DNA of 53,112 nucleotides, taken from IMG/VR virus record IMGVR_UViG_3300032312_001042, positions 1-53,112 of that record; one strand, 5' to 3'. Shown here one piece after another: positions 1 through 7,824 of the stretch. The DNA is from a virus (taxonomy: Duplodnaviria; Caudoviricetes). Made by a program: the position numbers and the translations under genes. The notes beneath the pieces were generated by a model. The model saw nothing but the letters and a program-made list of their open reading frames with translations, did not search any database and had not been told where the DNA came from. Within the stretch, counting starts at the first letter, position 1, and each line of letters opens with the position of its first letter.

Positions 1-1
1 A

Positions 2-166
2 ACTTGGACAGACCTTTTGGGCAAGCCTCAAGGTAATGAAAGTGTTGATGGGAAAGATATTGTGAGGGAAGTTAGCCTTCATCAATTTAGAATATTGTGG
101 TCATTTAATAGTAATCAAGAAGCTAATCGAATTTATACCTATTGGACAACTATGGAGAATAAATAA
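2..166 (+). CDS. Hypothetical protein, 5'-truncated by window edge
   Basis: Open frame from base 2 (TWTDLLGK...TTMENK*); TAA overlaps the next ATG at 166. Confidence 0.6.
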   Translation, partial: TWTDLLGKPQGNESVDGKDIVREVSLHQFRILWSFNSNQEANRIYTYWTTMENK

Positions 167-357
167 TGACAACTACAACTCATCCGCACTATACTATTGA
201 TAAAGATATTAGTTTAGAAATGTTTATAGGGGATGACAATTCTGTTTATGTTTCGATCTATAATGATCGTAAAGATACTAGCGTAGCATTTCAAACATCT
301 ATAGATAATATGAAACTTTTGGCCGGTTTTATCTATGAGAGTATTGGAGAAAAATAA
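166..357 (+). CDS. Hypothetical protein (63 aa)
   Basis: GGAG RBS upstream; TAATG coupling at both ends. Confidence 0.7.
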   Translation: MTTTTHPHYTIDKDISLEMFIGDDNSVYVSIYNDRKDTSVAFQTSIDNMKLLAGFIYESIGEK

Positions 358-521
358 TGAATATACTACTAGAAAAACATGATATGTTTCTAATTCTCGA
401 CGCTCTAGATTCTTACCAATTAGATGTTGAGCATGGAGAAGATAATGGTTATAATTTTGCGTGGACAGAAAAAGAAATTGAAAATCTAAAAAACTTGATA
501 AATAAATATCTGGAGGATTAA
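357..521 (+). CDS. Hypothetical protein (54 aa, not in ORF track)
   Basis: MNILLEKHDM...NKYLED*; GGAG RBS; TAATG overlap; fills the gap exactly. Confidence 0.65.
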   Translation: MNILLEKHDMFLILDALDSYQLDVEHGEDNGYNFAWTEKEIENLKNLINKYLED

Positions 522-522
522 A

Positions 523-870
523 ATGGGTGCCGCATTTGATTACAGGGTATATGAAAGTGATAACAAAAAAGATATACAAAAATGTTGGCTAGATGATCGC
601 ATAGACGCAATAAATGATTATGTAGATAATTATTTGTGTGATGATGAAGATGCCTCATATGAAGATGCTATGGACAATATAGGATATTCTGGAGAAATAA
701 ATACGCTGGGAGAAGAAATAGAGTGGGTCTATATTCCAGCATTTGATAGTGAAAGAGAAGCAGCTGATTATATAGAAAGCAAACATAAAAAATGGGAAAA
801 TCCTCTTGGTGTTCCATTTATGAATGGTGAAAATATAAATTATGCTGTTGGTGGTTGGTGTTCAATTTAA
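523..870 (+). CDS. Acidic hypothetical protein
   Basis: GGAGG RBS; 115 aa ORF. Confidence 0.7.
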   Translation: MGAAFDYRVYESDNKKDIQKCWLDDRIDAINDYVDNYLCDDEDASYEDAMDNIGYSGEINTLGEEIEWVYIPAFDSEREAADYIESKHKKWENPLGVPFMNGENINYAVGGWCSI

Positions 871-886
871 AAAGGAGAAATGATTT

Positions 887-1105
887 ATGAAGAATTTTAT
901 TTTTGCAATGATTGCTACGTTTATTTTTACTGGTAGTTCATTTGGTGGTGAGTGCCTAAACGGCGTTTGCAATCTACGTTCTAGAACTGTAAGTGTAACA
1001 AAGGAAATTGTTAATGTTCCAGTAGTAGTTACAAAGAAGGTTGTGGATACAACACGTAATGTTGGAAAGAGAACAGTTAATCGCGTTCGTAATATTGTTC
1101 GTTGA
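887..1105 (+). CDS. Small exported protein (signal peptide, CxxGxC, basic tail)
   Basis: AGGAG RBS; MKNFIFAMIATFIFTGSSFG signal-like start followed by GECLNGVC. Confidence 0.7.
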   Translation: MKNFIFAMIATFIFTGSSFGGECLNGVCNLRSRTVSVTKEIVNVPVVVTKKVVDTTRNVGKRTVNRVRNIVR

Positions 1106-1130
1106 ATTCTTTAAGTTAAAGGAGTAACTT

Positions 1131-1469
1131 ATGAAAACTTTGTTCTATACTTTTACATTGATGATATTTGCTATTTCAGCAAATGCGTCAAATCCTATTT
1201 ATAATCATAATGGTCAAGCTATACATTATAAGCATAGCACAAATACCATGATTGATCAAGATAGGTGCCAAGCAGAAGCAAACCACATGGCCGCTAATAA
1301 TATTACTGGTCATGTTTGGGGTGTAATAGGTAATTTTGAAGGGGTAGGTTATGGTAATAGTCCTAATTGTCAAACCTGTACTCCAAATTCAAATATGAAA
1401 ATTACAGGAGATGCTTCAGCTTTAGGTAGAAATGGTAAATGGTATAGAGTTAGAAGTTGGCGTTATTGA
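1131..1469 (+). CDS. Exported small protein, possibly CAP/SCP-like
   Basis: AGGAG RBS; signal peptide ending ANA; AxxMA..GH, FEGVG, Cys pair, GRNGKWY. Confidence 0.55.
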   Translation: MKTLFYTFTLMIFAISANASNPIYNHNGQAIHYKHSTNTMIDQDRCQAEANHMAANNITGHVWGVIGNFEGVGYGNSPNCQTCTPNSNMKITGDASALGRNGKWYRVRSWRY

Positions 1470-1477
1470 AAAAAAAC

Positions 1478-1506
1478 TTGACACTGGGGTAGATGGGTAG
1501 TATACT
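1478..1506 (+). promoter_or_regulatory. Sigma70-type promoter for tRNA-Glu/Thr
   Basis: TTGACA-17-TATACT preceded by an A-tract. Confidence 0.8.
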
Positions 1507-1518
1507 TGTAGTGTCAGT

Positions 1519-1591
1519 GGCCCTATCGTCTAATGGTTCAGGACTTCGGATTTTCGTTCCGAATATCGGGGTTCGAATCCCCGTAGGGTCA
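1519..1591 (+). tRNA. tRNA-Glu(TTC)
   Basis: Acceptor GGCCCTA/TAGGGTC; anticodon arm TCGGA-TTTTCGT-TCCGA; T-loop TTCGAAT; no encoded CCA. Confidence 0.93.
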
Positions 1592-1595
1592 CTTT

Positions 1596-1667
1596 GCCGA
1601 TGTAGCACAACGGTAGTGCAATTGATTTGTAATCAATAGGTTGAAGGTTCAAATCCTTTCATCGGCT
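1596..1667 (+). tRNA. tRNA-Thr(TGT)
   Basis: Acceptor GCCGATG/CATCGGC; ATTGA-TTTGTAA-TCAAT; T-loop TTCAAAT. Confidence 0.93.
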
Positions 1668-1702
1668 CTGCTGATAAAAAATAACACAAGGAGATAATTA
1701 AA

Positions 1703-2752
1703 ATGACAACCACTATGACGTTCAATCCATTTGATATAGCAAACAATATAAACGATTTCAAAAATGAAAGACTTAAATTCTTTCAGTCTTTTGGTGATAA
1801 TCATATATTGTGCTACAACAATAACCCAAAAGTAAAACTTAGCGGTATGAATCACACTACTAATATTGAAGAAGTAATGAATTCAAATGTTAGAAATAAT
1901 TCTGACGCATATTTTTATGTGAATGGTGCAAGAAAGAAAGACGATATTAATATCGTTCGTTCATGCTATATAGATTTAGACGCTGGAAGAGATGATAAAG
2001 GCCAGTATCTCAGACCAAAGGAAGTGTCTGAATTCAAGAAAGCGTATCTTGATAAGATAAAGAATTTCAAGATTAAGCCAAGCTGGATTGTTGATACTCG
2101 TAATGGATATCAAATTTATTGGATTTTTAACGACAATGATCACAAAATGGGACTTACAAAAAATAAAAAGTACTGGAATGGTATCCAAAAGAAGCTTGCT
2201 AACTATTTTAACGCAGATATTCGTGCTATGAAGATTAATCAAATATTCCGCATACCATTTAGTTGGTGGCGTAAGCCTTGGGAGGGAAAGAAGTCTTACT
2301 TTTCTACATTGTTGAGTGGATATAATGGTGAAAAGGTTAGCATTGTTAATCTACAAGAAGCTCTTACTGGACAGTCAGCACAGGTTCATGTTCAATCTGC
2401 TAATAGTAGTGACGCTTGGTATGAATCTTGGAGAAAAGTTTCTAATAATGAAAATACTGTGCCAATTTCAGTAAATACAGCTTCCACTATACTTAATAAG
2501 TTAATTACGGAAACAGCACAAGTGATAGGTGAAAATGAAGATATTCCAGATTACATAGACGATGAAAACGACACTAATGATATATTGAATGTGCAATTTG
2601 TACCAAATGACAATCAACTCAAACTATTGCATAGCGTTGTAGATTTTCTTAATCAAGTTGCTACTCCGCTGTATTTCAGTAATAACAAATTTCTTTCTAC
2701 TTCAGCAAGAGATTTGGCAGCTAAAGTAAGCGATCAATTTTGTGTTGGTTGA
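1703..2752 (+). CDS. AEP-superfamily (RepB-type) primase-like protein
   Basis: YFYVNG, CYIDLD (DxD), DTRNGYQIYW (motif II with Q for H), IFRIP; acidic linker and C-terminal helical part; AGGAG RBS. Confidence 0.7.
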   Translation: MTTTMTFNPFDIANNINDFKNERLKFFQSFGDNHILCYNNNPKVKLSGMNHTTNIEEVMNSNVRNNSDAYFYVNGARKKDDINIVRSCYIDLDAGRDDKGQYLRPKEVSEFKKAYLDKIKNFKIKPSWIVDTRNGYQIYWIFNDNDHKMGLTKNKKYWNGIQKKLANYFNADIRAMKINQIFRIPFSWWRKPWEGKKSYFSTLLSGYNGEKVSIVNLQEALTGQSAQVHVQSANSSDAWYESWRKVSNNENTVPISVNTASTILNKLITETAQVIGENEDIPDYIDDENDTNDILNVQFVPNDNQLKLLHSVVDFLNQVATPLYFSNNKFLSTSARDLAAKVSDQFCVG

Positions 2753-2777
2753 CAAAGCGTAGCCCTCGTAGTATAAT
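2749..2777 (+). promoter_or_regulatory. Perfect sigma70 consensus promoter for tRNA cluster
   Basis: TTGACA-17-TATAAT. Confidence 0.85.
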
Positions 2778-2798
2778 GGTACTACATTTAGTCGGCTT

Positions 2799-2869
2799 TA
2801 CGGGATGGTGTAATGGTAGCACGAAAGATTTTGGTCCTTTCTGTTTAGGTTCGAATCCTAATCCCGTAA
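2799..2869 (+). tRNA. tRNA-Gln(TTG)
   Basis: Acceptor TACGGGA/TCCCGTA; loop TTTTGGT; one A-C mismatch in anticodon stem; TTCGAAT. Confidence 0.88.
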
Positions 2870-2879
2870 TGATAAATAT

Positions 2880-2954
2880 TGCCCCGTAGCACAATTGGTA
2901 GTTTGCAAGCGACTGTTAATCGCTGGGTTGTTGGTTCGATCCCAACCGGGGCAG
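2880..2954 (+). tRNA. tRNA-Asn(GTT)
   Basis: Acceptor TGCCCCG/CGGGGCA, G discriminator; AGCGA-CTGTTAA-TCGCT. Confidence 0.92.
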
Positions 2955-2958
2955 TTTT

Positions 2959-3045
2959 AGAGGTCAGGCAGATATTGGCTTGCTGCACCGCTTTGCTAAA
3001 GCGGGCCGGATAAAACTGGTGAGAGTTCAATTCTCTCGGCCTCTG
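2959..3045 (+). tRNA. tRNA-Ser(GCT)
   Basis: Acceptor AGAGGTC/GGCCTCT; CCGCT-TTGCTAA-AGCGG; long variable arm; G discriminator. Confidence 0.9.
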
Positions 3046-3066
3046 TTCGAATAATATCCTCCGCTG

Positions 3067-3077
3067 GTGTATAATAC
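3067..3077 (+). promoter_or_regulatory. GTGTATWWW motif (putative late promoter)
   Basis: GTGTATAATAC about 20 nt before the HNH start; motif recurs upstream of other genes. Confidence 0.5.
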
Positions 3078-3096
3078 TACACACATAGGAGACTTT

Positions 3097-3534
3097 ATGA
3101 AAAAAACACTTAAAGAACAGATATTAGAATTAAAAGAAAAGGGATATTCATACAATCAGATTAAAGAAAAACTTGGATGTTCTAAGGGTACGATTGCGTA
3201 TCATGTAGGTATAGGACAAAAAAATAAAACTATTGAAAGAAATACTAACAGAAGAAATAAAATAGTAAGATTTATCCAAGAGTATAAAGCTGGTAAAAAA
3301 TGTGCTGATTGTGGAGAAAATTATCCATATTGGATATTAGAATTTGATCATCTACAAGATAAAAATTTTACAATAGCACATTTTCGTTGTACTACAATGT
3401 CCCTTGAGATTGTTAAGAAAGAAATAGAAAAGTGTGATGTTGTATGTTCAAATTGCCATAAAAATAGAACATTTAATAGATCTCTTAAAACTCTTGATGG
3501 TGTAGGATTTGAGTACTGCGAGTATGCGGAATAA
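3097..3534 (+). CDS. HTH + HNH endonuclease (tRNA-cluster homing-type)
   Basis: N-terminal HTH (GYSYNQIKEKLGCSKGTI), CADCG, LEFDH, CDVVCSNCH; AGGAG RBS favours ATG 3097. Confidence 0.85.
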   Translation: MKKTLKEQILELKEKGYSYNQIKEKLGCSKGTIAYHVGIGQKNKTIERNTNRRNKIVRFIQEYKAGKKCADCGENYPYWILEFDHLQDKNFTIAHFRCTTMSLEIVKKEIEKCDVVCSNCHKNRTFNRSLKTLDGVGFEYCEYAE

Positions 3535-3550
3535 ATCCTCAAGTTTCAAC

Positions 3551-3579
3551 TTGACAAATGCCGATCTATAGGATACAAT
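3551..3579 (+). promoter_or_regulatory. Sigma70-type promoter with GCCGAT spacer motif
   Basis: TTGACA-aatGCCGAT...-TACAAT (17 nt spacer); only 6 nt to the ATG. Confidence 0.8.
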
Positions 3580-3585
3580 CAGCTT

Positions 3586-3843
3586 ATGATGTGGAAAGAA
3601 ATAAAAACTTGGGCTACTAACAAAGGTTATAAAGTAGATCGTAAATCTATTGATGGAGTTGAGAAAAAATATCTCTATTCATGGACGTATAATAGTATTG
3701 AAGGAGTTGCATATAGCACGAATGAATTGGCATTAAACATATACAATCATATGACAGACAATAAATTTGTAAAACATCAAGAAGAATACAATAAAAATCA
3801 AGTTGCAGAAGATATTTATATTGCGAGTGTAGCTCAATGGTAG
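3586..3843 (+). CDS. Hypothetical protein, probably leaderless; 3' end overlaps tRNA-Gly
   Basis: 85 aa ORF, no SD, ATG 6 nt after the -10 box. Confidence 0.65.
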   Translation: MMWKEIKTWATNKGYKVDRKSIDGVEKKYLYSWTYNSIEGVAYSTNELALNIYNHMTDNKFVKHQEEYNKNQVAEDIYIASVAQW

Positions 3844-3896
3844 AGCAACTGCCTTCCAAGCAGAATACGAGGGTTCGATTCCCTCTACTCGCTCCA
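3823..3896 (+). tRNA. tRNA-Gly(TCC), encoded CCA
   Basis: Acceptor GCGAGTG/TACTCGC then T-CCA; CTGC-CTTCCAA-GCAG; TTCGATT. Confidence 0.93.
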
Positions 3897-3919
3897 TACA
3901 ATTTTATATAGGAGTAAAA

Positions 3920-4186
3920 ATGACAGTCAAAGAACTACGTTCAATAGGATTTAAAGTTAGAGTATTGCATTTTCGAAAGCCATCTACTAAATTTAGGATC
4001 AATGGAGAAAAATTTGAGGATTATTCTACACCAAGTCCAAAGGGTGGAGCAACTAAAGTTGTCATAGATAGTCCAGATGGACAGCACTTTGAGGGTAAAG
4101 CCAAGTGTAGTGACGATGATAACTATGACAAGAAACTTGGCATAAGAATTGCTCTTGGTAGGGCGGGATTAAACTATAGCTTTTAG
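3920..4186 (+). CDS. Small phage protein resembling N4 gp49/Sf6 gp66-like family
   Basis: T-x-V-V-I...G.A.C...DNYD..LG..IA..RA pattern; AGGAG RBS. Confidence 0.45.
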   Translation: MTVKELRSIGFKVRVLHFRKPSTKFRINGEKFEDYSTPSPKGGATKVVIDSPDGQHFEGKAKCSDDDNYDKKLGIRIALGRAGLNYSF

Positions 4187-4195
4187 GAATATTAT

Positions 4196-4516
4196 ATGCC
4201 ATATATTAAACAAGATAATCGCATTATTCTAGATAGATATATTAATGATCTATCTGAAGCAATTAGTGATAAGCGCTCTAACGAAGATATTGTAAAGGTT
4301 ATGGGGGATCTGAATTATACCATTACAAGACTTTGTGCTAAACTTGTTGGAAAAGATGTTAGTTATACTAAGATAGGAATTATTACAGGCGTTCTTGAAA
4401 ATGTAAAACAAGAATTTTATCGCAGAATAGCAGTTCCATACGAAGAAAATAAAGTTGTTGAAAACGGTGATATTAAAGAATTTGAAGAAATAGATTTTTG
4501 GAAATCCAGCACTTGA
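4196..4516 (+). CDS. Conserved phage hypothetical protein (DUF6899-like)
   Basis: MPYIK...GDLNY...EFYRRIAVPYE...NGD. Confidence 0.6.
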   Translation: MPYIKQDNRIILDRYINDLSEAISDKRSNEDIVKVMGDLNYTITRLCAKLVGKDVSYTKIGIITGVLENVKQEFYRRIAVPYEENKVVENGDIKEFEEIDFWKSST

Positions 4517-4540
4517 CAATTGAATTTTGTGTGATAAAAT
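4513..4540 (+). promoter_or_regulatory. Sigma70-type promoter
   Basis: TTGACA-16-TAAAAT with TG extension. Confidence 0.65.
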
Positions 4541-4565
4541 AATCATAAACAAAAGGAGATAAATT

Positions 4566-4757
4566 ATGACTTGGCTTGAATTGTATAAGTTTTTGAATGA
4601 CAATGCTAATAACTTGAATAAGATTGAAGATATGTCACAGTTTTGGAATCAAGAAGTAGTTATTTATGATTTGACTGATGGCGATAAATATAAGTGTGAT
4701 ACTCTAATTATAGATGATCAAGAGCTTGTTCTTTCTATTAACAATGAAAACAATTAA
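4566..4757 (+). CDS. Hypothetical protein
   Basis: AAGGAG RBS; 63 aa. Confidence 0.7.
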   Translation: MTWLELYKFLNDNANNLNKIEDMSQFWNQEVVIYDLTDGDKYKCDTLIIDDQELVLSINNENN

Positions 4758-4758
4758 T

Positions 4759-5184
4759 ATGATGAACATCAAGCACTATCCAATCACAAACATTTCTACG
4801 GTTGAAAAACTTTATTCTGAAAAAGATGGAGTTCCAATTAATCATGTTTGCACAACAGAATTTGGTAATGGAGTCATAGCCGATATCTTCTATCGCTCAA
4901 CTCCACATCCAAAGTTTGGTAATAAATATTTTGCTATCTTATTTCGTGACAATGTTCCATATATTGCCAACGCTGATCAAGTAGAAAACCTTACATTTGG
5001 AATGGTTGAAAATGATGATGGAGATTTAGAATACAGCAGAAGTCGCCATGATTATAAGACTTTTAAAAACGAAAACATGATTGACGGTGGGCGTGATTAT
5101 ATTCGTTCTAATGGAAAAGTTAAGGTATTTGTAATTCGTAATGGTAAAATGGAAAACTTTGGAGTAAATGCAAATGATAGTTAA
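4759..5184 (+). CDS. Conserved phage hypothetical protein
   Basis: YSRSRHDY...MIDGGRDYIR motif; start chosen just after the upstream stop. Confidence 0.7.
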   Translation: MMNIKHYPITNISTVEKLYSEKDGVPINHVCTTEFGNGVIADIFYRSTPHPKFGNKYFAILFRDNVPYIANADQVENLTFGMVENDDGDLEYSRSRHDYKTFKNENMIDGGRDYIRSNGKVKVFVIRNGKMENFGVNANDS

Positions 5185-5395
5185 ATTTGAATTCAATCTT
5201 CCAGACGATCAACATGAATATGAAGTGATGAGTCAAGCCACTAAAATGCAATCTTTTTTATGGGATTTTAGTCAACAGCTGAGAAGTTGGCAAAAATATC
5301 ATCACGATTTTAAAGATGCTGACGATGCATTAGATAAGATTCGTGAAGAATTTTATAGCTTAGTAAATGGACATGGAATAAACATTGATCTATAA
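5168..5395 (+). CDS. Hypothetical protein
   Basis: GGAG RBS; FEFNLPDD...LRSWQKY. Confidence 0.7.
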   Translation: MQMIVKFEFNLPDDQHEYEVMSQATKMQSFLWDFSQQLRSWQKYHHDFKDADDALDKIREEFYSLVNGHGINIDL

Positions 5396-5402
5396 AAACT
5401 AA

Positions 5403-6074
5403 ATGACTGACGCAATAATCATTAGCGACATACATCTTGGTAGTAAAGTTTGTGAAGTTCATCTATTAAATGACTTTCTTACAAATATACATAAGCAAAC
5501 CCACAAGTTAATTATTAATGGGGATTTATTTGATAATTTAGATTTTAGAAGATTAGATAAACATCACTGGGAAACATTAAATATACTACGCAGAGTAAGC
5601 AAGCGTATTGATGTTATATGGATTAGAGGCAATCATGATGGTGAAGCAAAAATCATATCTAATTTAATTGGCGTAGATTTTGTAGATGAATTTTTCTTTG
5701 ATAGTGGCGATAAGATAATATCATGTTTACATGGTGATCGGTTCGATGATTTTATCTATAAGTATCCAAATACTAGCAAGTTAGCAGACTATATTTATAG
5801 ATTAGTACAAAAGGTAAATAGAAATGTTTTACCCAAACTATTGAAATCTAGCTCTAAAATCTATCTTCGATGCGTTGAACACATTCAAAATAAATCAATT
5901 GCATACGCTATAGAAAAAGAAGTAGACATCGTTTGTGTTGGACACACACATAAGCCAACAATTGAGGTAGTAAAAAATACTACGTATGTAAATAGTGGCT
6001 GTTGGACAGAAAAACAATGTACATATATTGAAATAAAAGACGGGAAAGCAAATCTTAAATACTATATATCTTAA
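5403..6074 (+). CDS. Calcineurin-like metallophosphoesterase, LpxH/YbbF-like
   Basis: SDIHLG, NGDLFD, GNHD, HGD, GHTH, NSGCW. Confidence 0.85.
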   Translation: MTDAIIISDIHLGSKVCEVHLLNDFLTNIHKQTHKLIINGDLFDNLDFRRLDKHHWETLNILRRVSKRIDVIWIRGNHDGEAKIISNLIGVDFVDEFFFDSGDKIISCLHGDRFDDFIYKYPNTSKLADYIYRLVQKVNRNVLPKLLKSSSKIYLRCVEHIQNKSIAYAIEKEVDIVCVGHTHKPTIEVVKNTTYVNSGCWTEKQCTYIEIKDGKANLKYYIS

Positions 6075-6183
6075 TCATTTTAATCTTTTGAATTTCAATG
6101 ATTCTCGTAAAGTTTGCAGTGTAGACTTTTGGCTGCAAGCTGTATAATAGATTGGGCAGGATAGAATTCATTGGAAATTTAAT

Positions 6184-6363
6184 GTGAATAATTTATTGCA
6201 GATAAGTGAGCATATTTATAAGAGTGTATATGGATACTTTATACTTAGAAACAATAAGTGGATGTTTACTCCACTAGAAAAAGAATTTGATACTGACGAT
6301 CTAATGAATATATCAGACATTCTTAGAAATTTAAACGAAAATGAACTACGAACAATTTGTTAA
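6184..6363 (+). CDS. Hypothetical protein (59 aa, GTG start, not in ORF track)
   Basis: MNNLLQISEH...NELRTIC*; fills gap downstream of a TGTATAAT box near 6140. Confidence 0.45.
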   Translation: MNNLLQISEHIYKSVYGYFILRNNKWMFTPLEKEFDTDDLMNISDILRNLNENELRTIC

Positions 6364-6398
6364 AACGGTTGATCAAGTCTTAAGTTTCTTAAAGAAGA

Positions 6399-7076
6399 AT
6401 GGATACTATCAAAATGAGTAATTATTTAAATTTTGATATACCTATATTTACATCTTATTTGGATTCATCTTTTCTATATAATAAGCCTTCAAACATAAAC
6501 GCTAAACGTATTCCAGTAGAAGTTTTTTCTTATACAAGTATACCACAAAGATGCGGTTTGTTTTCTATAATGACTGAGTACGGCAGTCAACACGCTAGAG
6601 TTCCTATTCATTATTTAAGAACGGATGAAATCGGAGGAACAGACTATCCTTTAGATTGGATTCAACTGTGGGATAGCTTAAGTTACTATGGAAGTGTCAA
6701 TATTAATGCCTATACTAAAAATAGGGCAGCTAATATAATACTAAAAAATAAACAGATTGAAAAAGTTAAATACTTATTTACAATTGATTGGTGTTTTGGT
6801 ACACATTATCAATTTAATTATGGAGAGATGGCAGCAGGACATAAATGTGGTCATGTATTTGAAGGCGACGGTCAGTATTTTATACAACCAAACAATAGAG
6901 TATTATGGATGGATGGCGGTAGCTGGATAGCGAAAAAATTTGATAAAAAACCAGATTGGAAAGTTTTTAGTCAAGAATTTAGTTGCGAAAACACTGGCAG
7001 TAGATGGATTAGCGAATCAACAGAAGAAGAATACTTTTACTCATTTAAAGAAATAGACAATAATGTTGAAAAATAG
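6399..7076 (+). CDS. Conserved phage hypothetical protein
   Basis: QLWD, YLFTIDW, GHKCGH, QPNNRVLW; start may be 6414. Confidence 0.75.
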   Translation: MDTIKMSNYLNFDIPIFTSYLDSSFLYNKPSNINAKRIPVEVFSYTSIPQRCGLFSIMTEYGSQHARVPIHYLRTDEIGGTDYPLDWIQLWDSLSYYGSVNINAYTKNRAANIILKNKQIEKVKYLFTIDWCFGTHYQFNYGEMAAGHKCGHVFEGDGQYFIQPNNRVLWMDGGSWIAKKFDKKPDWKVFSQEFSCENTGSRWISESTEEEYFYSFKEIDNNVEK

Positions 7077-7824
7077 ATTTAATTATTGGACTTGTAGCAA
7101 ATTCGCAGACTTTATTCGCGGAATAGAAAAACCATTTGCTTTAGAATTGAAAGAGTGGGACGAATGGAAAGATACACAAAAAAAAGAACGTCCAATTAGA
7201 TTTTGGTTAAGTGATAAGCTATTGGGATATATGCAGGATGTAATATATTTTCCTTATGACATATATAGCCATTGTAAACACTATATACGAAACAGGTGGA
7301 TTGATAAAAGGCATTATCTTAAAACTGGATTAAAACCTGGACATTATTATGAATTCGATGAAAGAATTCTACACGGTCTTTTTAATGAACTAATTGATTA
7401 TGTTGAGATTGAGTGCGCCCACTTAAGTCTTTTTAATGAAGACAAAAAGTACACAGTTAAAAATGGAAGATGTATAGAAGCTGCCTATGATTACTTTGAG
7501 TGGTCTAATAATCTTAAAGAAGAAGGTGAAGATAATAATGAAACATTATCTGAACAAGCAATACAGTCCAGAGAGTTGCAAGAATTGTATGAGTGGTGGA
7601 AACTAAAGAGGCCACTAAGAAAAGATCCATATGAATTAAGTGGGTGGAAAACTCACTGTGAGATAAGTGAAGATCATCTATTTAATAATGATATTTCAGA
7701 AGAAATAATAAAAGAAGTTAATCAAATTCTAACGACGCTTGATAATATAGAGCAGTCTCAATATGATGAAGATACAAATATGCTAATAAGACTTATAAAG
7801 TTAAGGAGACACTTATGGATATAA
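7063..7824 (+). CDS. Conserved phage hypothetical protein
   Basis: 253 aa Trp-rich; LFNELIDYVEIE...LIRLIKLRRHLW. Confidence 0.8.
   Translation: MLKNRFNYWTCSKFADFIRGIEKPFALELKEWDEWKDTQKKERPIRFWLSDKLLGYMQDVIYFPYDIYSHCKHYIRNRWIDKRHYLKTGLKPGHYYEFDERILHGLFNELIDYVEIECAHLSLFNEDKKYTVKNGRCIEAAYDYFEWSNNLKEEGEDNNETLSEQAIQSRELQELYEWWKLKRPLRKDPYELSGWKTHCEISEDHLFNNDISEEIIKEVNQILTTLDNIEQSQYDEDTNMLIRLIKLRRHLWI

Noticed and set aside
3057-3535. tRNA gene interrupted by the HNH ORF (TCCGC...GCGGA ends)
   Set aside because: No T-arm or intron core downstream; the 5-bp match is expected by chance.
6075-6398. Structured ncRNA in the apparent long intergenic gap
   Set aside because: Mostly explained by a promoter-like box and a 59-aa GTG-start ORF; no convincing stems.
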